Source: Octopus bimaculoides
Taxonomy: Eukaryota
Assembly (NCBI RefSeq): GCF_001194135.2
Contig: NC_068990.1
Span: forward strand, 20,930,375 to 20,969,034
DNA: 38,660 nucleotides
Reading direction: 5' to 3'
Below, piece by piece: positions 1 through 10,003 of the stretch. Position 1 is the stretch's first letter; the number at the start of each line of letters is the position of its first letter. The notes under the pieces were generated by a model. It saw nothing but the letters and a program-made list of their open reading frames with translations, was not told the DNA's origin and searched no databases. The position numbers and the translations under genes were made by a program.

Positions 1-30
<30 letters not shown>

Positions 31-35
<5 letters not shown>

Positions 36-90
36 CAACATGGCCGCAGTCTAATGACAGAAACATGTTGGAGATGAAAGATAAAAGATA
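31..90 (+). mobile_element. SINE family B 3' tail
   Basis: CAACATGGCCGCAGTCTAATGACAGAAACA...AAAGATAAAAGA. Confidence 0.7.
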
Positions 91-320
91 TCTTTATCAA
101 TCCATGTATCTATCTATCTATCTATCTATTTACGATTTCTCGATTCCATCTTAGAGTGGTTGATATAATTTCAGATTTCGCCTGAAATATTTGTTAAGAT
201 CGTCAGCAAGTATTTCATTTAAAATTTAAGTAGTTCCAAGAAGAAATTGAAACTGCGCATCTGTTTCTTCTTGTCTGATATCCGATTTTTGGTCTACATA
301 GCATCAACTATGTAACCATA

Positions 321-351
<31 letters not shown>

Positions 352-1657
352 TTATAGATATATATTTATACATATATATTTATACATATATATATATATA
401 CATATATTATATAAAGGTGTGTATGTATGTATGTATGTATGTATGTATGTACACAAACATGCATTCTGATACAGACGCATGTACATACGTATATCAGATC
501 TATATCATCATAAACAGAGAGAGAGAGAGAGGCAAAGGGAGAGAGAGATCGATAGACATATAGATAAATTTGATTAAATATCTGTCATGAAGCTGTCGTG
601 ATTTCTGAACATGAAACGAATAGTTTTGTGCTTGTCTCTTTGCATCGTTATTCAGATATATTGTTCTCTGTCTCTTTTGCTTCATATCTCTTCCTTGAAG
701 TTCTATATGAGGTAAAAAGAAATTCACTGTAAGCATTTAAAAGTCTCTTTGAATGGACAGTTGCGGGTAATTTCAGAACATTTATCATGTATGAAGTGGG
801 GGCAGAGAATTAATATAAGCTTCGTTATATAGCCTTAAGTTCTACCCATTGTTGTCACATTAGAAGGCAGCATCTTATAAGGGTATTGTTCAATGAAAAT
901 AACTATAAGAAGCTCGGAATGCCTAGAAACAGTGGCGAATTGTGTTGTAAGTGAAAACGTATGAAAGATATAGTAAAGAGAGAAAGGAAGAAAAATTGAA
1001 AGCGATATATGTAAATAAAGAAAAAGATCAGCCGAGGCAAGATATTCAAAGTGTATATATTCACCTATAATCATGCATCTGTTAAGGTAAAAGCGAAAGA
1101 ATGTATAAAGTTGTGTTAAGACTTGTTTTGAAGAAGGCGAATTGTATAGGATTACCACTTCAAAGACAATAGATAGAAAAGTGTTCCAGGGCTCTTGAGG
1201 CAGCTAGAGGCTTTGATATCTGAATTTTCTTAAAGGTTATCTGTAACACTAAAGGCTGTTTTGTTTTCTTCAGTGATTTTCGTTTTGGTCATCTCAAGAT
1301 CAGTTTGTTGTTGATCACTTCATAGAATAGTTATGAACGAAAAATCTTTATTGATGAAAATAACGAACGACAAGAAAACTGTTGGTAAGAAATAAAAGGG
1401 AATAATGACAAGAAAAAAAGACGTTTTAAATATTTTTAAAAAGATTGTTGTAAAGAGAAAGTGGAAATTTGAACATGAGAGGGGAGGACATCTTTGTTTG
1501 TATATATGCAGAATTGTCAATATAGAAATAGATATTAAGAAATAAAGTTATATTTAAAGGCCTAAGAACAGGCAATGTAATTCAAAGCAGAAGTCTTTAT
1601 TTTCAAAGAAAACAAGCGGGCGTTAAATATGTCCAAATACAAGCTTACCTATTAATA

Positions 1658-1910
1658 TCATATGATAGATCGATATATTTCCAATGTAACTGGAGATATA
1701 ATGCATTAATCTCCCCCTCTCGTGTATATGTGTGTGTACGTACGTATGAATGTATGGATGTATATATGTATGTATGGATGTATGAATGTATGTATGTGTG
1801 TGTATGTAGTTATGCATATTATTATTCAAGATTTCTTACCAATAGAGAAAGAACCGGTTTCTAAATCAGATTCAAGATATTTTATTGGAATTTCAACATC
1901 AACAGGGTAT
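1658..1910 (-). CDS. Hypothetical last two coding exons (1840-1910, 1658-1689) of an unidentified minus-strand gene
   Basis: YPVDVEIPIKYLESDLETGSFSI|VTLEIYRSII* with TTG|GTAAGA donor, TCTCCAG acceptor and AATAAA at 1601-1596. The upstream acceptor is poor and competing plus-strand models exist. Confidence 0.2.
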
Positions 1911-2502
1911 CTTTGCATGTTGGTATATGAGCAGTATTTCATGTCAGTGCATGAGCTAATTTGCATGTTTAGTTTTGTGTATATATAATCATGCATATAG
2001 TTGAATGTCTAGACATGCGCATGTGTTCTGTAAAGCTTTACAAATTTTGACAGATCCATTCAGGGCTTGGAACTGAATTCTCCTAATTAACTTTTAAGGT
2101 TTCTGATTCTGAGAAGCCTAATTTCTTAAGACTGCTGCTTAGACAATCTGTTTACATATCCTAGTGCCACAATAATTACAGGTATAAAGCTGAACAGGTA
2201 ATCCGCATTGAGTCGTTGTAAATGCTTCTGTGATTAAACTTTGGTGGGGTAGTTGGTCAGTTAGCCATTGATATATCGAACCCTAATGCATCTTTCGTTT
2301 AATGCCAATAGTGAAAGAAACAGCTATTATGTTTAATGCAAGGCTATTAAATTCAATAGGATAATGTTAATTCTAAGTTGGCTATTCGATGTTATTAAGA
2401 AAGAACAATTCGAGATGAAATGAGCAAACATAAATTCTATTAAGCTTCGTACATTTATATCTCGGAGTCATACGCAGTCCTATTAATGTCATTTTCTACA
2501 TG

Positions 2503-2776
2503 TAGGCACGTTTATAGCTATGTGGTAAGAAATTTGCTTTAGAACCACATGGTTCCGGGTTCGGTTTCACGGCGTGGCAACTTGAATATGTGCTCTAATA
2601 TAGCCCAGTGTCGACCAAAGCCTTGTGAGTGGATTTGGTAGGTGGAAACTGAAAGAAGCTCGTCGTATAAATTCATTCATACATACATAAATAGATACGT
2701 AGATACATATGTGTGTGCAAGTGTGCGTGTGCGTGTGCTGTGTGTTTGTGTAGTTATAATTTGTGCTTGTGTAGTT

Positions 2777-2823
<47 letters not shown>

Positions 2824-3085
2824 ATCGTTGTGTTTGCTCACTTCTCTGCACCGCTTGATAACCATTGTTGGTTTGTTCACGTCCTCTTAATTTAGCGGTT
2901 AGGCAACACGTGAACAATACAGCAAGTAGCAAACTTTAAAACATTAAATACGGGGTTCGTATTTATTCTTTGAAACCCTTCTTAAAAGCCCTTCTTTCTT
3001 ATACCTATACTTAAAAACCCTTCCTCCAAGGCGTTGCTTTAGCATGGCTACAGTGTTATGACTGAAACAAGTAAAAGATAAAAGA
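2503..3085 (+). mobile_element. tRNA-derived SINE family B (bipartite, internal microsatellite)
   Basis: Head TGTGGTAAGAA...CCACATGGTTCCGGGTTC, GGAAACTGAAAGAAGC, internal (TA/GT)n, tail AGCATGGC...TGACTGAAACAAGTAAAAGA. Confidence 0.85.
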
Positions 3086-3289
3086 CAAGCTACCTAATCG
3101 ATCCTGTTAATACCAATAATATCTTACTAATAATATTCCAATATGAACTTCTCATATATGCTACGCTTTATTTGTATTTTATTGTCCCAGGATTGATCCT
3201 TGTCTGAAGCGGTTCTACATATCCTTCATAAATTTTGTTTATTAACAGAGTAGTAACTAATAATATTGAAATAATCGATATGTTCTCAT

Positions 3290-3452
3290 CAAAGGTTCTC
3301 ATCCAGGGTTCATATGTTCTTTTGGGATCCATGTGACTCTTGGGGGCCCATATAAGACTTTGTGGTTAAAATTTATGCGCAGTAACTTGGTTAGGCTTTA
3401 ACAATACGCAATATATTTTAACAATTTTTTTATACAATTTCTAATATTTAAT
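3290..3452 (-). mobile_element. Partial third copy of the same hAT MITE in the opposite orientation
   Basis: CAAAGGTTCTCATCCAGGGTTCATATG and TTAAAATTTATGCGCAGTAACTTGGTT align to the reverse complement of the right part of copy 2. Confidence 0.6.
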
Positions 3453-3559
3453 TATAGATATACAATAGATTTCAGCAACGTCAACTCCACCAGCGGAACC
3501 AGATTCGTGTAAGCATAAAGGAACACGATCGAGACGCTGCTTCTCGATAAGGAAACCTT

Positions 3560-3734
3560 AACTGTCATTGTGGTTTTGTGGCACGAAGCAAAGGTCTTGC
3601 CGTTCAGTCAAGAAACCACAGAGTAAATAATCTACAAGCTTCCAAGCAAGCAGACCTCAACTTGTTCCATTTGCCAAAACGTTTGAAAGACATCAGCAGG
3701 CCTCAAGAGACTCGTTCGTTTCCACAGAACATGA
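3560..3734 (+). pseudogene. Decayed pair of C2H2-like fingers, probably an RTE LINE 3' end
   Basis: NCHCGFVARSKGLAVQSRNH, a linker, then after a frameshift TCSICQNV*KTSAGLKRLVRFHRT*. Same two-finger layout as 33561-33737. Confidence 0.5.
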
Positions 3735-4310
3735 ACAACGCTCTATTTTGGTTCTGTAATTCATATTATACAGAATGTAAATTATGGTTGGGTATTACGA
3801 TATATTCATGCTAATGGGGCTTCTTTTATTTATTTATTTGTTTATATATACATATTGGTTGTGCTTTATATTATGGGTTTATATTATGGTCGTCCACAAC
3901 AAGAGAATCCATCATCATAAAAATGCAATAGTTCTTTTTTTTTAAACATCGAATAGCTATGAGTGTCTAGTGGTGTAAAATAGGGATCAAAACGGTCCAT
4001 AGACAGAATGGGGTTCAGTACCATTCATATAGATAAAGTGTTATAATTTTGTGATTATGTTCTGTAACGCTGAACCAATAACATTTTTATGAGGAAATGT
4101 TGATAGAGAGAACTAAATGTTGCTGTTGAAATGTGTTCTGTAAGCCTTAACTCTATCGTAGAATCTCTTGTGAAGTGTTTATTTTATAGACTTAGTATTT
4201 TCATTAAATGTAAAAGCGACGAGAAAAACACAAGAGAGAATATAAGCTAGAATTACCAATGTAAGGTAAATAGTAAAATGGAATTAAAACAATGGATAAG
4301 AAAGCAGTAT

Positions 4311-4361
4311 CATTTACATTATTTACATTATTTACATTTGACGGATATTTATCCTCATCTT
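4311..4361 (-). mobile_element. Terminal fragment of a second copy of the hammerhead-tailed element, cut by an N gap
   Basis: (ATTTACATT)n followed by TGACGGATATTTATCCTCATCTT matches the outer end of the 8616-8775 arm. Confidence 0.75.
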
Positions 4362-4461
4362 NNNNNNNNNNNNNNNNNNNNNNNNNNNNNNNNNNNNNNN
4401 NNNNNNNNNNNNNNNNNNNNNNNNNNNNNNNNNNNNNNNNNNNNNNNNNNNNNNNNNNNNN

Positions 4462-4572
4462 TTTCTGTCTACCAAATCCACTCACATAGATTTGGTCAGC
4501 CCGAGGATATAGTAGAAGACACTTGCCCATGGTGCCACGCAGTGGAACTGAACCCAGGACCAAGCGGTTGCA
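4462..4572 (-). mobile_element. SINE family B 5' module fragment
   Basis: CTACCAAATCCACTCAC...GTAGAAGACACTTGCCC. Confidence 0.85.
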
Positions 4573-4991
4573 GACATAATTTTATAAATGTAGGTTTCCC
4601 ATTCACATATAAACTCACTGTAGCAAACAAATACCTGATAAAAACAACAGTCTGACACGTAAGTGATTATAACGAAATTAAATAGGAAGCGTTGTGCATA
4701 TTTTATAATCTTACAGAAGTTTATTCAGCCATCTTGTTGATGACGTTTGTTTAAAGTTGTATTAACTTAAGTTCCTATATATTGCCTACTCAAGGTACGA
4801 TTTTGTTTCGTTGTATCTCTATATTAATATACATATATATGCACCCTTTTCTATAAATATAACTTCCCTATGCCTCACTTACTTTTGTCTTATTGTTGCT
4901 TATCATATGAAATATGAATAACTCATTTAATTCATTTTGTTTTAGTTATTTGTTTATACTTATCGCATGTGTTTATGCATATCATATATAT

Positions 4992-5023
<32 letters not shown>

Positions 5024-5487
5024 ATAGTTAAATATACACATGTTGTACATACCCCTAAGTTCGAAAATCTCTGCTATACCTATTTAATTTCAACCCTGTC
5101 AAGTTTTCCTTGAAAAAGGACTTTTTCCAAAGCGTTGAACTTTTCAGTCTCCACGGCAAGTTCCCTATATTATAATTGTCGATTTTACTAAAGGACATGG
5201 GTTTGTAAAGTTGAACAACGAAAGCGCTTACACACAATGCACATAATACAAAAAGTTCTTTCCAAAACGTTCATGGGATTCTGTTATTCAAAAAAGANNN
5301 NNNNNNNNNNNNNNNNNNNNNNNNNNNNNNNNNNNNNNNNNNNNNNNNNNNNNNNNNNNNNNNNNNNNNNNNNNNNNNNNNNNNNNNNNNNNNNNNNNNN
5401 NNNNNNNNNNNNNNNNNNNNNNNNNNNNNNNNNNNNNNNNNNNNNNNNNNNNNNNNNNNNNNNNNNNNNNNNNNNNNNNNNNNNNNN

Positions 5488-5577
<90 letters not shown>

Positions 5578-7982
5578 CATACACATGTATATACATAGAG
5601 ATAGATATACATATATAACATTTTTCCTGCCGTACATACAAATATACGTATGCATGTATCTATATATATATATAAATATATACGTATTATATAGACACAC
5701 ATATATACATGTGTATAAATAGATAGATATATACACATATATACATATGAATATATATAGATATGTATATTTTTTTGTATGCATCCCATTCTCTATGTGT
5801 CTCTTTCTTTTTCTGTGTACATCTGTTTTTGTACATAATCTTTTCTGTGTCATTTTTTCTGCATATTTCACTGTAAATACCTTTTGTCAAAAAACCCTTT
5901 AAAAATGTTTCGTTTAGAAAAAATGGTATTTTGTTTCCAATGATTTGCCATGGGACTTTCCTTTTCTAACAACACGTAAGAAGAATTAAGTTCGCGTCTC
6001 TTTTTAATGATTCGATAATTCCTCAAAAAGCATTATTATTGGATGAATGTTTTCCTTTATCATATAAAGATGAATATACCTAAACACAATGATTGTAGAT
6101 CTCTCAGTTTTCATTCAATCTCAATATCATTTCATCTTCATAGGATTGAATATATTGCCGTCGACTAGCTCAATTTAAAGAAACCATTGAAGAAACATCT
6201 TGATTCTGAAAAAGAATAAGAGGGTACAGATGAATCACCGGTAGCATCTAGGAAAAGAACAGAGCCTTTATATAAAGAAATTTAACACCAAAGATAATCA
6301 ACACTCACACACACTCATTACCCGCAAAACAGCAAGGGAAAAGTAGTCCGGATCAGCTGTTACACTAGAAGCTTATATATTACTGACTAGTTCGATCTAT
6401 AGTATGTGATTCATTAAGTTTCGAAGTTAAGATATAGTGAGTTTGCTACAAATCTTTATTGTGCGTTTATTACACTTAAATCACTATCCATAATCAAGCA
6501 AGAATAGAATATATTTTTCTATTTCATTTGCATATTTTTTAGTGTTTATCCTGCCTCTAGAACTTTCTATAAGTTACTGAACTTCTCAATGCTAGATGAA
6601 TTTAATTCTCTGAACCAGAGAACAATTTCTGATCTGCGATGTTCTCACAAAGCAGATTAGAAAAAATCTAATTAATATTAATGTTCCATTAGGCTTTGTG
6701 TCTATGTTGGACTACAAGATTAATGTTCCATTAATATTCTCAATGAACGTATAAATAAATTCTGTTATACGACTGTCTCTTATGTCTATGCCTGCACTTA
6801 CTCTCAAGCCAACCCCTCCCTCCGATATTGTTGTGTACCATTTCAGACAAATAATAATTCCTCACAATAAGTTAATATTTTGCCAGGTAGATTAATGAAA
6901 TTAGTAAAGCATCATTCAAAACAATTCGCAGTATTTCTTTGTGATACTTTACGATCGATTTCTACTTTGAATTTCATTCTATCGGGGTCGCTGAAACGGC
7001 ATTAGTCCAAAACCAGAGTCGATCATTCTCTCACCCAACAGGTGCTGTCTTGTGTCGACGTTGCACTTTGGGCGGTTCATACCATTCCATTGCCATATAA
7101 AGTAAATTTGCTTTTCTGTATATCTGGTATTTGCCAATTTACTTTTCTCACTGAAAAAAAAAACATGTATGCTTCTTAGTGGTAAAGTATATTTTAGACA
7201 GAGATGAATTGCATTTTCCTCATAACTATTATACTTTTTATTCTACATATTACTCGGTTACACATACACAAGAAAGTGGTAAAAAATGAATAAAAGAAAT
7301 GTGAAGTAAGAAACAAATTAAAGTTAGTCATTCTTTAAAACTAAAAATATCTCCCAGACTCTCATTGGTATTGTAGTCATTTGCATTCTGTCTGTTTTTG
7401 AAATTTTTACTCATTTTATGTTGATCTGTTATTCAAAGTTACAATTTACCTTAATGATCAAAAATTTTCAAATTTATCTTACTCATATCATGAAATGTTT
7501 AGTTTAAAATTCAGATGTTGCATGCGGATAATTTTTATTCTAACCGTACATTATATAAAACGAATAACCCTGTATATTTCCAGTGGGCACTTTGTGTGTA
7601 AATCAATGCAAATTAATTACACTGAAGAATCGTAATTAATTGTCTTAATTTAATTTTATTGAACATCATTCATGCAAATCGGAATATCCGATCTCGTAAA
7701 AGAATTTCATAATAAATACTACAAAAGAACGTTGTTCTGCACAGTTAAAAATAGTATTCAGTAACTGGTGTACTCTTAACAAAGAAATTCGTTCAGGTGA
7801 TCCATTTCCTATCTACTTTGTGATTGTTTAAACAAACGCATTCGTTTAGGAATCAATAATAATGAATGTGCACTCGCAGTGCAGGAGTGTCAATAGATTT
7901 ATTCTGTAGCATGTCGCCACAACATCTAAAACAGAAACTTTAACACGTCAGTTCCTTATTTGTGTCTACCACAATGATTTTA

Positions 7983-7986
<4 letters not shown>

Positions 7987-8034
<48 letters not shown>

Positions 8035-8048
8035 TTCTCTCTCTCTCT
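7987..8048. repeat. (CT)n microsatellite
   Basis: Direct inspection. Confidence 0.98.
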
Positions 8049-8381
8049 CACTTCGCTCTTTAGGACATCTATCAAATATATTCAGTATGCCCTTGATATT
8101 TGTTGATCTCAGTAAACTATTCAGACTATATTGGTCAGATCATTCTTTCGTGATTTTAGGCGTTAAAAGCTAAAACTCTTTACCTAGTTTCTTTCGAATG
8201 ATATGCGTTTGATTCACTGAGTTTTATTTCGCTGCAAAAAGAATATTTTGTGAATGACTCTTGAGAAATATCAAGGTAGTTAAAGTTAAACCGTTTCTTT
8301 GTAGTTCATTTGAAAAAAAAAAACAATATATAAACAAACAATAAAAATCCACATCTTTTTTTTTTTAGAAAATCCATATAT

Positions 8382-8467
8382 TTACGTTTGAGGAAATGCT
8401 CCAATTACCACCGGCATCACCATTACGTTTGAGGAAATGCTCCAATTACCACCGGTATTACCATTAC
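8382..8467. repeat. 41-bp tandem duplication (2 copies + 4 bp)
   Basis: TTACGTTTGAGGAAATGCTCCAATTACCACCGG(C/T)AT(C/T)ACCA at 8382-8422 and 8423-8463, 2 differences. Confidence 0.95.
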
Positions 8468-8589
8468 CTTGCTCATGTTCCATAAATTCCTGTCCTGTCC
8501 TACAGTGGCTGATATTTCTCAATATTTTCTGTTTCGTTATATTTCACCCTTGACTCGCCTGGTATTGCAACATCTATTATCTTACAGTT
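8382..8589 (-). mobile_element. Relic of the restriction-like endonuclease domain of an R4/Dong/NeSL-type non-LTR retrotransposon
   Basis: Translates NCKIIDVAIPGESRVKYNETENIEKYQPL*, then after a frameshift NLWNMSKVMVIPVVIGAFPQT. This matches the IIDVAIPGD...EKIEKY...LW...VIPVVIGALG pattern of RLE-clade elements. Confidence 0.75.
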
Positions 8590-8672
8590 CTATATTTAAG
8601 AGACGAGGAATTTTGTACATTATTTACATTATTTACAATTGACGGATATTTGTTCTTATCTTGTTTGTTGCT

Positions 8673-8718
8673 AACACAACGTTTCGGCTGATATACCCTC
8701 CAGCCTTCATCAGGTGTC
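8673..8718 (-). ncRNA. Minimal type I hammerhead ribozyme, mirror copy in left arm
   Basis: Exact reverse complement of 8953-8998. Confidence 0.75.
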
Positions 8719-8791
8719 TTGGGGAAATTTCGAACCTAGGTTCTCATTCCTAAGGTATTTTTCGATGTTGTTATTTCCGCCATATGCCCAT

Positions 8792-8863
8792 GGTCATATG
8801 GCGTAGTGGTTAACAGCACGGGCTACTAATCCAAGATTCCGAGTTCGATTCCAGGCAGTGATC
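8792..8863 (+). promoter_or_regulatory. tRNA(Arg)-like SINE head with intact Pol III internal promoter
   Basis: A box TGGCGTAGTGG (8799-8809) and B box GTTCGATTCC (8843-8852) fit consensus. The sequence resembles eukaryotic tRNA-Arg(ACG) as I recall it. Acceptor stem keeps 6/7 pairs; D, anticodon and T stems are broken. Confidence 0.8.
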
Positions 8864-8952
8864 TGAATGATAATAATAATAATAATAATAATAATAATAG
8901 CAACATCGAAAAATACCTTAGGAATGAGAACCCAGGTTCGAAATTTCCCCAA

Positions 8953-8998
8953 GACACCTGATGAAGGCTGGAGGGTATATCAGCCGAAACGTTGTGTT
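8953..8998 (+). ncRNA. Minimal type I hammerhead ribozyme (dimer-type stem III)
   Basis: Stem I GACAC/GTGTT; core CTGATGA plus an extra A; stem II GGCTG/CAGCC; GAAA; loopless palindromic stem III (AACGTT 8988-8993); predicted cleavage after GTT at 8993. Confidence 0.75.
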
Positions 8999-9031
8999 AA
9001 CAACAAACAAGATGAGGACAAATATCCGTAA

Positions 9032-9048
9032 TTTTTTTTTTTTTTTTT
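9032..9048 (+). terminator. T17 run, potential Pol III terminator for the 8792 head
   Basis: First run of 4 or more T downstream of the A/B boxes. It may be an unrelated poly(A) tail from the other strand. Confidence 0.4.
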
Positions 9049-9120
9049 GATTTACCATCCATATTTATACAATTAGCCGTCATCTTTGACGGCACGGGGC
9101 CAGCTAGTTATATTATATCC

Positions 9121-9292
9121 TTTTCTACTCTAGGGACATGGCCCGAAATTTTTGGGGAGGGGGCAAGTCGATTAGATCAACTCCAGTACGCAACTGTTCT
9201 TACTTTATCGATCTTGAAATTTGAACTCAGACAGACGAAATACCGCTAAGCATTTATCCCCGGCGTGCAAACGTTTCTGCTAGAGCGCCGCG
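9121..9292 (-). mobile_element. SINE family A, tail type 2, internally deleted
   Basis: Same head as family A. Tail GGCCCGAAATTTTTGGGGAGGGG is shared with 16971 and 37763. Confidence 0.8.
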
Positions 9293-9710
9293 TTGCTAGT
9301 TATATTTTGTTAAGGCAGAATAGTCATTACACCAGTCAAAGTACATAGTGGCATTTCTTCCGGTTTTAATATTCCGGTTTCAAATACCGCTAAAGTTAAC
9401 TTTACATTTTATCCTGTCGGGCGTCGATGAAGTAGATACCATTTTTCCTGCTTCTCAAAATTTCAGGCTCTGTGCCAATACAAAAAAGGATTATATTATA
9501 ATTATACATAGAAAGACGTTTAATTTGCGAACGCTAGTGTAACTCATTATGGCACACACGCACATGTATACACATATCCACGTAGCTTTGGATTAAATTT
9601 AAGTAGCATAAATTAGGGGTCAAATCTATCAAAGAGGTATTCTTGTATTTCAAAGAATCCTCATTAGTAAATGCTATGGCGAATGTTACTCTAATGTCAA
9701 GTCACTTCAG

Positions 9711-10003
9711 CCCTATCAGAAGAGATTGCGGATTTATTTGCATGGCACACGAACAACAATAATAACAAACAAATCGTCTCCACCGCCTCTACTACCACCA
9801 TTACACCCTTCACCGACGCTGCTACTACTACAACTGCTGCTGCTGCTTCTATTACTGCTACTACAACTTTCGCTACCGCCACCATCATGCGCTTTCATCC
9901 CCCGCCGCAACACAGCAATTATGCATACAACCACTACACCACTACCACTGACTGCTACAACAACAACAACATAATCAACAATAACACTGTGATTATTCGC
10001 TGA
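9711..10003 (+). CDS. Hypothetical low-complexity terminal exon (96 codons, Thr/Ala/Asn-rich)
   Basis: After CACTTCAG the frame reads LSEEIADLFAWHTNNNNNKQIVSTASTTT...MRFHPPPQHSNYAYNHY...VIIR*. Degenerate trinucleotide repeats can produce such frames by chance. Confidence 0.2.

Larger units (their letters stand above)
8616..9029. mobile_element. Head-to-head inverted dimer of a tRNA-headed, hammerhead-tailed non-autonomous retroelement (Penelope-like tail)
   Basis: Arms 8642-8775 and 8895-9029 are reverse complements (about 134 bp, 5 mismatches by eye). The centre holds a tRNA-like head and (AAT)n. The left arm ends in (AATGTAAAT)n-type repeats on the minus strand (8616-8640). Both arms carry CTGATGA...GAAAC. 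Confidence 0.8.

Noticed and set aside
1840-1925. Resemblance of MQRYPVDVE...ES to the Cys-loop receptor motif, and of RYFIGISTSTG to eIF2B-gamma
   Set aside because: The essential cysteine is missing, exon order does not fit, and there are no supporting flanking exons. Short chance similarities.
7042-7101. Plus-strand 60-nt exon VLSCVDVALWAVHTIPLPYK
   Set aside because: It adjoins a degraded SINE core at about 6950-7010, overlaps a minus-strand candidate, and shows no recognisable homology.
8792-8863. Functional tRNA gene
   Set aside because: D, anticodon and T stems do not pair, and the head runs directly into (AAT)n and a repeat tail, so it is a SINE head.
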